The notes below the pieces were generated by a model. It ran no database searches. It was not told the origin of the DNA and was given only the letters and a program-made list of their open reading frames with translations. Shown in pieces: positions 13,487-27,520 of a stretch of 64,000 bases of DNA (positions within the stretch are counted from its first letter, which is position 1; each line of letters begins with the position of its first letter). This DNA is from Eledone cirrhosa. Lineage: Eukaryota. The translations under genes were made by a program, and so were the position numbers. The stretch is taken from contig OZ024759.1 in the NCBI GenBank assembly GCA_964016885.1, positions 28,768,001 through 28,832,000 on the forward strand. Direction: 5' to 3'.

Positions 13487-14689
13487 CAACAACAACAACA
13501 ACAACAGCGATAATATAGTTAAGACAGGAGATACATCAGGCTTTCCTGTCAAGTGACGTACAATGCACCTACAGCCCTCGGCAATACTATCAGATATGGC
13601 AGATATATAGAAGAAAAACAAAACTTTCATGCACACATACCCACACACACACACACGTACATACACACCCACACACACACAAATATACATGCCCACACAT
13701 AGACACACGCATGCATACATACCCCCACACACACACGTACATTCACACCCACACACACACACATATATATACATGCCCACACATACACAGATACACACGC
13801 ATGCACACACATAGACACACGCGTGCACACGCACAGTTAAACACACATACACACACATACAAAACACACAAACACATACATACATACACAGAAACACACA
13901 TACATATACATACAATCACATATATACTACAGATACACATACATACACACACATACTTAGTATTACTCCATCCGTTAACCCCAGCCCTCAAATCAGAGAT
14001 GTATAAAAAAGGAGAAAAGGGGGAGATAACCCCCATTACACCATTAACATGAAGAACAATCTTTACGAATAACGTAGAAAAACAACACAGAAACAAATCA
14101 TATACACCTTATATATACTGTATATACACCTTATATATATATACACCTTATATATATATACAGCTTATATATATATACACCTTATATATATATATATATA
14201 CACCTTATATATATATACACCTTATACACCTTATATACACCATGTATACATCTGTGATTGCACTCCAAATATATCTTATATACACATGTTATACACTCTA
14301 TATACACTTTATATACACCTGTGATTATACGTATATATTTTAAATACAACTGTGGTTCCACTCCGTATATATACCTTATATACATATATATACCTTATAT
14401 ATGTATATATATATATATATATATATACACCTTATATAACTATTATTAATCAGGACAACTGGTTATGGTTTTAACTGTTTAGTTAACCTGTTAGTTGGTT
14501 AATTCATTGGTTGGTTGTCTTCTGCCTTCCTCTCTTTCTCCCTCTCTTCTTTCTTCACTTCTTCCTTCCTCTCTTCCTTTCTCTTTTTATCCCTCTCTTC
14601 ATCTCTTCTTTATTTCTTCCTCTCTTTCTACAGTCCTTCCTTTCTTTCTGTGGCATTCCACATGGTTGTTACATAACAGAGAAACCTAT

Positions 14690-15356
14690 ATAGAGACAGG
14701 GAGAGGGGGGGCGGAAAGAGAGACATGGAAATCTATAGTGTGAGATAGAGAGGAAAATATAGAGACAGGGAGAGAGGGGGAGTAGAGGGGGAGAAAGAGG
14801 GGGGGTAGAGGGGGAGAAAGAGAGGGAGAGGGGGAGAAAGAGAGGGAGAGGGGGAGAAAGAGGGGGAGAACGGGAGACAGAGAAATCTATGATATGAGGT
14901 AGAGAGGGAAAGTACAGAGTCAAAGAGAGGGGAGACGGAGAGAAAGAGAGACAGAGGGGGAAGAGCAGAAAGAGAAACCTATGGTGTGAGGTAAAGAGAG
15001 AGAGACAGACAGACAGAGAGGGGGGAGACAGACAGACAGAGAGAGAGGGGGGAGACAGAGAGAGAGGGGAGATAGAGAGACAGAGGGGGACACAGAGGAA
15101 GAGAGAAACCTATGATGTGAAATAGAGAGGAAAAATACAGACAGAGAGAGAGGGGAAGAGAAAGAGAGGATATTGTGCAAGATAAATGATAGGGGGAGAG
15201 ACGGTGAGAGGAGGGGGAGAAGATTGGGGGATGGGAAGGGGAGGAGTTAGAGGAAGGGGAGGAGAAGGAGAGGAGTTAGAGGAAGAGGAGGGGAAGGAGA
15301 GAGGGGATATTGTATAAGATAAATGAGAAAAAGAGAAAAGAGAGAGAGGGAGAGAC
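14690..15356 (+). repeat. Polypurine (GA-rich) tract with internal AGAAACCTAT repeats
   Basis: Read directly. Confidence 0.85.
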
Positions 15357-15486
15357 AAGTTAAACCAAAGACATAGGTGCATGTTTGTATGTGTGTGTGT
15401 GCGTGCATGTCTGTGCCTGTGTGTCTACGTGTATCAGTGTGTGTGTGGTGTGTAGTGTGTGTGTGGTGTGTAGTGTGTGTGTGTGT

Positions 15487-15740
15487 GTGAAGGTCTGTGG
15501 TTTAGTGGTTAAAGTGTCCGGCACACAATCGTAAGGTCATGACTTCGATTTCCAGCAGTACATTGTGTCCTTGGGCAAGACCCTATATTGTGTCACACTG
15601 AATCTCCCTGAGAACTATCTTAAGGGAGGATACACGTGTCTGTGGAATGCTCAGGCACTTATACGTCAATTTCACAAGCCAGCAGTTCAGTTTGTCAAAC
15701 AACTGGAATGCTCATCGTCGGAACCGACGACGGTCCAGTA
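15487..15740 (+). mobile_element. tRNA-derived CORE-type SINE
   Basis: GTGGTTTAGTGGTTA A box, TTCGATT B box, TGTGTCCTTGGGCAAGAC core. Confidence 0.8.
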
Positions 15741-16049
15741 ACCTATATTGTGGTTATTGTTGTTGTTGTTGTTCGGTTGCATGTGACTGCTGTCGTAGTT
15801 GCTGTTGTTGTTGTAATTAAAATGACGTTGTTGGTGGGTTGACTGCGACAGCTGCTGTTGCTGCTGTTGTTGTTGATGTCGTTGTTGTTGTTGTGCTAGA
15901 TGTGTCAAATTAATCCCGCAGTAAATAAACTGCCCTATTTCCCCGATTTATTTACTTCCAGTTCCGCCAACTTTGAAACTGATCCGCTTGTGTCGCTAAA
16001 GGCGTGGAATCCAATTAAACAATAACAATAATAATAATAATAATAATAA

Positions 16050-16242
16050 TTCTTGTTTCTACTTTTGGCACAAGGCCAGCAATAACCCAGTACATTACTG
16101 GTACTTTATTTTATCGACCCGGTAAGGATGAAAGGCAAAGTTAACCTCAGCGGGATTTGAACTCAGAATGGCAAGGGCCGTAACTCTATGCGTCAAAGCA
16201 TGGCGTCCGACCCTCTACCGATACTGCCAATCCACCACCCTT
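16050..16242 (-). mobile_element. SINE (Nin/Deu-like family)
   Basis: Reverse complement of the 47510-47700 type, with an (AAT)n tail to its left. Confidence 0.85.
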
Positions 16243-16383
16243 TATTTAATAATAATGATTTCTTTATTGACCACAAGGGCTGACATCAAGAAAAACATCA
16301 CAGACGGAACAGGACGGTACGATGTGGGTTTTGTGCGTGTAAATAATAATAATAATTGTTTCTACTTTTGGCAGAAGGCTAGC

Positions 16384-16448
16384 GATTACCCCAGGTGGAC
16401 CATAACCCACCAAAGAACTCGATACTTGGGGTAGTAGAGTGGGTAATC
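16384..16448 (-). mobile_element. Family B tail fragment fused to a SINE 3' fragment
   Basis: Reverse complement reads ATTACCCACTCTACTACCCCAAGTATCGAGTTCTTTGGTGGGTTATGGTCCACCTGG. Confidence 0.8.
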
Positions 16449-16452
16449 TTCT

Positions 16453-16719
16453 GATATATATATATATACCGTCTTTTGATATATATATTATATATATATA
16501 TATACCGTCTTTTGATATATATATTATATATATATATACCGTCTTTTGATATATATATTATATATATATATACCGTCTTTTGATATATATATTATATATA
16601 TATATATACCGTCTTTTGATATATATATTATATATATATATATACCGTCTTTTGATATATATTATATATATATATATACCGTCTTTTGATATATATATTA
16701 TATATATATATATACCGTC
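16453..16719 (+). repeat. Minisatellite CCGTCTTTTGA + (TA)n, 7 units plus a partial
   Basis: Units of about 34-36 bp. Confidence 0.9.
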
Positions 16720-17403
16720 ACGTGAATTCACAAAATATATACACATACATCCAACACTGAAAGAACGAAAGAATTTATATAAAATCTTCTCGACGGAAAC
16801 AAATGGACAGAGGACAACAACGACATCAACAACAATAACAATATAATATCTGCCATTGAAGTGTATTGCCCAATAAAGATTAGGGACATACCGGAAGACG
16901 TTTTTCACATTCCGGAAGCTAATGTAACAAGACTCCACCTCAGTTCTATTTCATAACCTTTTTATTGTTCTAAACTTTCTCTTACCCGCTCTCTCTCACT
17001 TTCTCTCCGTCTTTCTCTCCGTCTCTCTCTCTCTCTCTCCCTTTCCCTCCCTATCCCAGTCTCCCCTCCTCTTTCTTCCTCCTCTCACCAAATTTGTCTC
17101 ATTCTCTTTCTCACTTTCACTCCCTTCTATTCTCTCTGTCATTCTCTATCTCTCTCCTTCCTCCCCTCTCTTTCTCATTTATTTTCACCCCTCGCTCTTA
17201 CCCCTTATCTTCCATCCTCCCAGCACAAATCCTTTCCTGTCTTTACCCCCTTCCTGTCCACTCCTTAGATTCCATGCACCACTACTAAATCAAGCAGGGG
17301 TGGTGGTGTTATACCATCCAGTCTTCTCATGTGAAACAACTCATCCACCTGGTGGTAAATGTTCTACACTGGATGGCGACCACGTGGAAGGAGCTGCTGT
17401 TGC

Positions 17404-17478
<75 letters not shown>

Positions 17479-17494
17479 CCCACACATATATATA

Positions 17495-17700
17495 CGAGGG
17501 TTAGCTCAAAAGTTCATAGGCTCAAAAATTCATAGTCTGACCAAGAAACTCTCATGGAATGACCGAATGAGGTTTATTTTTCAACATCCTGAAAAAATAA
17601 AAATTCAGTTTAATAAGAGTTGAAATTAATGCATGCAAGATTTCACAGCTCTAGCATCAATCCTTCATAGTCAGCCGATGAACTTTTCTGCCAACCTCCG
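17495..17700. mobile_element. Mariner-type MITE (Hsmar2/irritans-like TIRs)
   Basis: TA|CGAGGGTTAGCTCAAAAGTTCATAGGCT versus the reverse complement of the right end CGGAGGTTGGCAGAAAAGTTCATCGGCT. Confidence 0.75.
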
Positions 17701-17818
17701 TTTCTATAAATACCCGTAATGTTTGTGTTCATGAATGTGTATATGTATATATATATATTACGAAAAGGAAGAGAGAAGGTATCACATATTCAATATCAAT
17801 ATATTTCATGACATCATA

Positions 17819-17887
17819 ACCGTTATGTACATTTCAAAGGCATCAAAAAGTCGTTATACATCTATCCGATGTGTTGTCGTCAGGGCT
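17819..17887 (-). ncRNA. Hammerhead motif (family D)
   Basis: Minus strand reads CTGACGA...GAAA-TGTACA-TA with a palindromic stem III; flanks align with 3077-3186. Confidence 0.55.
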
Positions 17888-18206
17888 GAGGTTGGTTCTA
17901 TAGCATTAATATAGATCCTGAGCCACCCATCTGTTAAACGGCCGTAACTGCACACAATCAATAAAGATCTTAATATGAAACCTCATTTTGTTCTTTTTGT
18001 TCAAACAATGGACCAGTCTGTTTGTGAAATTAACATTTCTGTGGCTGAGTATTACAGTGATATAAGCACCTCTAATGTAATTCTCAGGTAGATTCAACAT
18101 GACAGTTTCTTCCAAGACTGGCCCATTGAAATATATATATAGTGACTGCAGAATAAAATCTTGAAAGGAATTTCAACTTTCCGGCTTCCTGTCGCTTTAT
18201 TCAATG

Positions 18207-18270
<64 letters not shown>

Positions 18271-18277
18271 TATATAG

Positions 18278-18310
<33 letters not shown>

Positions 18311-18453
18311 ACAAAACGAAGTTTCACATTGAGGTCTTGTGTATATGTATGTATGTATGTGTGTGTGTTTGTGTGTGTGTGTGTGTAAGTGCATGTGGGT
18401 GATATATATCTATATATATGTGTGTGAGTGTGTGTGTGTGTGTGTATAGATAT

Positions 18454-18526
<73 letters not shown>

Positions 18527-19119
18527 TTGCGTGTTTGTGGGTGATATATATGTGTGTATCGGTGTATGTATGTATGCATGTATGTATGTGATGTATGTGT
18601 GTTTATACCGGGAGTTTATACGAGAGAGAGAGAGAGAGTCAGTCACGAAATGGAAAGGAGCAACGCCCATGAGCTTTTCAATCAGAATTCCCCAGCCATG
18701 TCATCGATAAAAGATATGAAGGAGGAGAAGAGAGGTTCAAGACTCAGGCTAGAAAACAATGAACTGTTCAATAAGATAAATCAGAACTAAACAATACACA
18801 TTACATATTAATGATTGATGAGGGAGGATCTAAGGAGAATCGAACTAGGATCAGTTGATTCATCCACCGGAAGTGTTACTTACACCATTACTTACACTAC
18901 AGGGCACTTCACATTAAGTCACTTCCTCTTTATCCTCTGTCACTTCCTTTCAGATGGAAGCCATTATTTAATGATGTATGTATTACACACATACATATAT
19001 ATATGTATATATATATATATATATATATACAATCGCATTTATATATGTGTATGTATGTATGTATGTATATTTATGTGCGTGTAGTTCTATACATATGTGC
19101 GCCTGTGTGCGGCGTATGT

Positions 19120-19190
<71 letters not shown>

Positions 19191-19208
19191 TCTATGTATG
19201 CTGGGCTA

Positions 19209-19253
<45 letters not shown>

Positions 19254-19338
19254 GTAAAAGGTAAACATGTATATATATATATAGTCATACATATACACGT
19301 ACACATACATATATACATATATATGTATAAATATATAT

Positions 19339-19376
<38 letters not shown>

Positions 19377-19447
19377 GTATATGTATATATATATATGTAT
19401 ATATATATATGTATATGTGTATATATATATGTATGTATATATATATG

Positions 19448-19530
<83 letters not shown>

Positions 19531-19969
19531 GTATGTATATACATATACACGCACACATATACACACGCATGTGTGTATATGTGTGCGTGTATTTTTGTTA
19601 TTTATAACAATGAAAAAAAAGAGGGGGGGTGTCGGATAGGGAACAAGAAAGACCTCCCCCCTCATACTCTCTCTTTTCTCGGTCAAACATAAACAGAATC
19701 TGAGCCTCATATGAAGACAAGGGGTATTTCCTTTCAAAAGAATTCCGACCCCACCTCCCCGACGCCTCGAACCACACCCCACCAAAACTGCATTAACAAT
19801 TCTTTCGTGGCGCCATCTTGAAAATGTGTTAACACGTTAAGTCACTTCCGGATATCAAAGTTATGGCTTTGCTGCACGCAGTGTGCTACTCTTATTGTGT
19901 ACTGAACTCTTCTGCATAGTTTCACACACACACATATATATATACACACACACACACACATATATATAT

Positions 19970-20000
<31 letters not shown>

Positions 20001-20013
20001 CACACACACACAC

Positions 20014-20044
<31 letters not shown>

Positions 20045-20099
20045 TATATATATATACACACACACACACACATATATATATATACACACACACACACAC

Positions 20100-20130
<31 letters not shown>

Positions 20131-20381
20131 TATATATACACACACACACACACACATATATATACACACACACACACACACATATATATACACACACACA
20201 CACACACACATATATATACACACACACACACACACACATATATACACACACACACACACACACATATATACACACACACACACACACACATATATATACA
20301 CACACACACACACACACATATATATACACACACACACACACACACATATATATACACACACACACACACACACATATATAT

Positions 20382-20472
<91 letters not shown>

Positions 20473-20551
20473 TATATATATATATATACACATACACACA
20501 CACACACATATACACATATACACACACACATAAGTACATACAGGCACACAT

Positions 20552-20600
<49 letters not shown>

Positions 20601-20744
20601 AATACCATATACACACATACATATATATATATGTGTGTGTGTATGTGGTATTTATATACGTATATATATATATATATATGTATGCATGTATATGTACAGA
20701 TAAATATATATATATATATACATGTTGGCTACTGTTGAGCGCTT

Positions 20745-20780
<36 letters not shown>

Positions 20781-20893
20781 CATATATATTTATCTGTACA
20801 TATACATACATACATATATATATATATATACGTATATAAATACCACATACATACATATACGAGTGTATACATACACATTCTCAGTTGTCTATT

Positions 20894-20980
<87 letters not shown>

Positions 20981-21837
20981 TATGTGTGTGTGTGTGTGTA
21001 TTACATATATATGTATATATTACGTACAAGCAATATATATAAGTACATAGAGGCAGACACTGACACACAGTAAGCCATATAGATGCCACAGTCTCTCCGG
21101 GTGATACCCAGGGTTCATATAAACTCACGCCTCATTAGCCTTTGTGAGTTCATTGGAGTTTCATAGTTCTATCTCAGCCCCACCATCTCTCTCTCTCTCT
21201 CTCACACGTTGGACTTGATACACCCATCTCTATCTATCTATCTACCTATCTATCTATCTATCTATCTATCATTCCATTTGTGATAACATTTTACACGTTT
21301 TTATTGTATGTAAACTTCCCCCTTTGTATTTGTCCCCTTCTTTTGTGCCCCTGTGGCTAATAAAGAAATATATCTATCTATCTATCATTCTTTCTTTCTT
21401 TCTCTTACACAGATACACACACGTTGGACTTGATGCCAGCACTTCACAATAACCTTACCATTGATGGAACTTTAGCAAGTGGGGTGGGTGAGAGAAATTT
21501 AACAAAAAGCGCAATACTTTCTAGCCAACATATATGTCTGTTTATATAAATATATATATAAATATATAAAATATTAAAAAAAATATTTAAAAAAATATTA
21601 AAAAAAATATTTAAAAAATATTAAAAATATTAAAAATATTAAAAAAATATTTTAAAAAATATTAAAAATTAAAAAAAAAAAAAAAAAAAATATTTTAATA
21701 TTTTATCTTGACTCTGTATTCCGTTTATCTTTCACCGAAAGTGATTTTTCATTGCATCTCTTCTTTCCATGATATCCGGATTACATTGAGTTCTTCATAC
21801 GGATTGGACACTACCGTAAACTCTTGGTAGATTTATC

Positions 21838-21876
<39 letters not shown>

Positions 21877-21879
21877 CAA

Positions 21880-21985
21880 GCTCCGATGAACTGACTTGTT
21901 ATAACTTTGTATTGGCGATCGAGTAACGTGAAAATAAGCGGGTAGCGATCTCTAGACCTAGCAGTTCAGAGAAACAATTGTCAGC
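21880..21985 (+). ncRNA. Hammerhead motif with a long stem II insert
   Basis: GCT-CCGATGA-ACTG...CAGTtcaga-GAAA-CAATTG-TC-AGC; flanked by (TA)n on both sides. Confidence 0.6.
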
Positions 21986-22041
21986 AATGAGATTAAAAAC
22001 CTTTTTTGTATAGCAAACCGTGTCACTCTTCTTTCGCGATT

Positions 22042-22076
<35 letters not shown>

Positions 22077-22114
22077 GAGGTTATATTTAATTTGTTGGGA
22101 TTCAACAAGCTTAA

Positions 22115-22233
22115 ACATTTTTTGACTATCCAGGGAACTTCAACCCTTAAGGTTGTCTTTTTCCGTGGTATGTCAATATTTATTTATAAAACAAATCTGT
22201 ATTTTATCTGATGAATTTGCCTTGGTTGCCCTT
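22115..22233 (+). mobile_element. Family A fragment truncated just before GAAA
   Basis: Aligns with the reverse complement of 27048-27175 (ACTATCC..GGTATGT..TTTATAAAAC..TATTTTATCTGATGA..ATTTGC.TTGGT..CCTT). Confidence 0.7.
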
Positions 22234-22545
22234 ATATATGAATGTACATATATCTATATATCTAAAACAGAGAATGTATGTCTGTCTGTCTGTCTGACTC
22301 CCTAAAACTCGAGAACCACCCAACTGATTGTTTTCAAACTTTACACATGTAATGCTTATGGTCCTGTGAGTGTTTTGAGCAAAAGATATTTCAAATTTTC
22401 AATGCCCTAGGGACCGCATTATGCGATTTAGCGATCTCTCTCTATAATTGTTAGTCTTTCTTTTTCGATAGATACATAGATATAACGTTGCACCCTTATA
22501 ATATCTACCTGTATGTCTGCTGTCTGCATTACGACATTATGACGC

Positions 22546-22673
<128 letters not shown>

Positions 22674-22747
22674 GAGTGTGTATATATATATATATAGTGT
22701 GTAACGTTTTTCGAAATATTTTCTTCTGCGTTCACAGATTTTTTTTA

Positions 22748-22807
22748 GTTTCAGAAGATCACGTTAAGGGTGAAAGCAGCGATTCTTTGCTTAAACTTTA
22801 ATCTGGT
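22748..22807 (+). mobile_element. Family C fragment
   Basis: GTTTCAGAAGATCACGTTAAGGGTGAAAGCAGCGATTCTTTGCTTAAACTTTAATCTG is shared with 44011-44178 and 50501-50703. Confidence 0.8.
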
Positions 22808-22830
22808 ATATATATATATATATATATATA

Positions 22831-23027
22831 GGAACGAGTAGGACCCCGACGTCTGAGCTCAAGCCGTTTCGACGGCTAATTCTGGAATAGTCCAGAATTA
22901 GCCGTCGAAACGGCTTGAGCTCAGCCGTCGGGGTCCTACTCGTTCCTATTACCCACTCTACTACCCTAAGTATTGAGTACTTTGGTGCGTTATGGTCCAC
23001 CTGGTTCCTTACCACATTTCCTTCGTT
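22831..23027 (+). mobile_element. Family B copy 2 with a 56-bp-arm palindrome
   Basis: Arms 22831-22886 and 22891-22946, loop ATAG, 1 mismatch; same tail as the copy at 11611. Confidence 0.9.
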
Positions 23028-23050
23028 ATATATATATATATATACATATA

Positions 23051-23118
<68 letters not shown>

Positions 23119-24011
23119 TATATTCGTGTACAGATATGTTAGCATACACAATAACAAAATATAAACAAACGTATTTATCTCGCGATAAAATATTGATTTT
23201 CCTCGCACGGAAAAAACCCCTGGTAATCTACGACGAATGTAGACATCATCCCGAGACCGAGGTATTCAGTACTTCTTTCTCTGTACTGTTTCAGAAAGGA
23301 GGGATAAACATGCCAATCTATGTTTAGAATCCCGAGCAACGCCGGGCTATTCTGCTAGTATATATATATATATATTATGCATGTGTACACATATATATAT
23401 ATACACTGTATATATATATATGTGTACGAGTGTGTATGTATGTGTATGTATTATATATATATACACCATCCATTCACACACACACATATATATATATACA
23501 TATATCACACACACACTCACAAACACATATATATATATATATACATATATTACACACACACTCAGAAACACACATATATACATATATTACACACAAACAC
23601 ATATATATATACACTATATATATATGTGTACGAGTGTGTATGTATATGTATGTATTATATATATATATATATATACACCATCCATTCACACACACACATA
23701 TATATATATATATATACACATATATCACACACACACTCACAAACACATATATATATATACATATATTACACACACACTCACAAACACATATATATATATA
23801 CATATATTACACACACACTCACAAACACATATATATATATACATATATTACACACAAACACATATATATATACGTATACACACACACACACACACACGCA
23901 CATATATATATACACATATATATATACACATATATCACACACACACTCACAAACACATATATATATATACATATATTACACACACACTCACAAACACATA
24001 TATATATATAC

Positions 24012-24057
<46 letters not shown>

Positions 24058-24201
24058 TATATATACACATATATATATACACATATATCACACACACACT
24101 CACAAACACATATATATATATACATATATTACACACACACTCACAAACACATATATATATATATACATATATTACACACAAACATATATATATATAAGTA
24201 T

Positions 24202-24236
<35 letters not shown>

Positions 24237-24771
24237 ATTCTTTGAATATTTCCCCTATAAAAAGGTGACGGTTTCTAATTTACAAACCTCCACCTCTGGA
24301 ATGTATATACTAAAAACAGTAAAGACTTAGATTGCTGAATTTTAGGAAAGTCTTGCATATTTTTGGTGGTTCACTTACAGATTGAATTCACAGAATACAT
24401 GTTAGTATGTCTCTGGCGTGTGTCTCCTCTACCACAACCAGACTTTTGAGAATGTATATATGAGTATGTGTGTATGTTTGTGTATATATATATAAATATA
24501 TATATATAAATATATATACACAAACATACACACACATATATATATATTGCGAAACTTATTTGGGTTTCGAGGTTCAAATTCGTCTACAGAACAGGTTTGA
24601 ATTTTGAAATTTAAATATGTCCAGGAATCATGGCCGTTGCCGATATAAGCTTGTCTTTATTGACTTGTATCGAGACAGACAAATTGTATTCACTTTTATT
24701 AGTTTATTTCATTAATAGCTAACTTTGTCTGTTGCAATGTAAACACATTTCGTGTTTATCATATACTTTAA

Positions 24772-24816
<45 letters not shown>

Positions 24817-24863
24817 GATCATCATCATCATCGTTTAACGTCTATCTTCCACGCTAGCATGGG
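24817..24863 (-). mobile_element. Probable RTE-type LINE/SINE 3' end with a (GAT)n tail
   Basis: (CAT)n CGTTTAACGTCTATCTTCCACGCTAGCATGGG; recognised from memory only. Confidence 0.4.
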
Positions 24864-25884
24864 CTATATGGTGTTAGCATGTGTATAAATATATGAATAC
24901 ATATGCATACACACACATATATCTACATACACATATGTATACATTTATAAATATACATATATATATACACATATGTACATATATATATACACACACACAT
25001 ATATATAGGTATATTCGTATATTATATGTGCGTTTGTATTTGTATGTATGTAGATAACAAAATATACATACATACATACATACACACATACATACATATA
25101 CACATACATATATACATACATACAAACAAATACACATACACTCATACGTACATACATACATACGTATATACATACATATACACATACACGCACACATACA
25201 TGCATACATACATACATACATACATACATACATACATACATACATACATACATACATACATACATACATACATACATACATACATACATACATACAAAAT
25301 TTGCAAAACATTCTTGCGATTCAAGGGATGACAATTTCTTTTCTTTTACAACCTTGCCACCAGGAAGGTGGCCGGTCAAAAAAATATACTCGAAATTAAG
25401 AGAAAGAGATAACATACATACATACATACATTCACAATCCATGCATAATTCTTTAAATTTTTGTACATAAATTTAGGGGGTCCAACTGGCTCCTAACTAC
25501 GAAACAATTCACCATTATTGGTATTTAGATAAGAGAAACAGTAACGAGGCGTCATGCTAAATTTTAGGAAATTCTCACATATTTTCACTGTTCCACTTAC
25601 AGACTAAACTTCTTTTCCTATATATCTGCAATATCGTTTCTTTTATGCTTCAGTGAAAAAAAAAAAAAAGGCTGAACTTTTCGTGGTCTGTGTACCTGTG
25701 TGTGTGTATGGATGTGGGTGTAATTGCATGTGTGTATGTGTGTATTGTATGTGTGTATGTAGAGGTGCGTGTATATATGAATGAATGTATATGCGTGTTT
25801 ACACACGTACACACATACGCCACACGTGCTAAGATTGTTGGTCTGCACATACATTCACATATATATAAATGCATATATACATGT

Positions 25885-25959
<75 letters not shown>

Positions 25960-25970
25960 CATATATATAC

Positions 25971-26047
<77 letters not shown>

Positions 26048-26197
26048 CATAAATATATATATATATACACAAATATATATACATATATATTATGTATACA
26101 TGTATATATATATATATAACACACACACATATATATATATATACATTTGTATATATATATATATGTGTGTGTGTATACATACATACATATATATATG

Positions 26198-26230
<33 letters not shown>

Positions 26231-26322
26231 TTGTATGTATATTTATGTGTGTGTGTGTATACATACATATATATTTATATATATATACATGTATATATAC
26301 ATATAGCTATATGAATAAATAA

Positions 26323-26384
<62 letters not shown>

Positions 26385-27027
26385 TTTAACAGAAGTCACC
26401 TCCTAGAGAGCAGTATTCAATATTGTTGTAACACAACATCCTATGTAACTCTCCACATTGCCATCGTCACAGACTATATTCGCCAAAAGATGTAATTTCA
26501 GAAAAGGAACTCCAATTCTTTATATTTGATACGACGTTAAAGAACTTTTGAAGTTCCCTCATCTTCCATTCTGCTGGGATTCCTGAAAATGTTTTGGGGT
26601 TTTGGGGTTTTTTTTTTATCGAAGTTCCTCCTCGAAACAGAAACACGTTTTAACGTACTTTAAGGTCACGTTGATTTGTTATAATTAGCAACGAAAACTG
26701 TAAGTAAAACATTCTTGAGCCGGATTCCTCCTGTATACACACACGCGCGCGCAACTATGTATGTGTGTGTGTATGTATATGTGTATATATATGTGTGTAT
26801 ATATGTGTGTGTGTGTGTATATACATACATGGATGTATATTTATTTAATTATATATATATATATCTATATATGTATAGTTCAAGGACACAACAAATAGAA
26901 GTACAAAGTCTTATTAGTTTCACGCTTTATATTGGAAAGAGGAAAGCAAGTTCGACGTGTATATATATATATATATATATATATACAATATATTAATAAA
27001 TGGAAACTATATTTATAAAACCATATT

Positions 27028-27092
27028 TATTTCATTATACATATTTCAAGGACACCAAAGCAAATTATGGTGCGCTTTCATCAGATAAAATA
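27028..27092 (-). ncRNA. Type I hammerhead ribozyme (family A)
   Basis: Minus strand reads TATTTTAT-CTGATGA-AAGcgCACCA...TGGTGtcCTT-GAAA-TATGTA-TA-ATGAAATA. Confidence 0.8.
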
Positions 27093-27189
27093 TAATATAG
27101 ATCAGTTTTATAAACAAATATTCACATACCCTTAAAAGAATGCGACCATGTCTGTTGGAAGCTCCCGGATAGTGGGATATATATATTCT

Positions 27190-27383
27190 GGATCGACTTT
27201 CGTCAAATCGGACCGAGGAAACAATGCTTCCGTTGGTCTTTCCAATTGCTAATACTATCTATCGGTCGCAATTCCAGGTAGAAGGAGCAACGTGAAATAA
27301 AGTGTCTTGCTCAAGGACATAACGCATCGCCCGGGCCAACTCACAACCACACGATTGCGAATCCAGTTCTCTAACCAATCAGC

Positions 27384-27390
<7 letters not shown>
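27190..27390 (-). mobile_element. CORE-type SINE
   Basis: Reverse complement of 6181-6376. Confidence 0.85.
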
Positions 27391-27440
<50 letters not shown>

Positions 27441-27520
27441 GGCATATTAACATACGGCACTTCTTGGGGTATTTTAAAAACCTGGCAGAACCCATTTCCT
27501 CTGCATGTCTAAAGATATTG

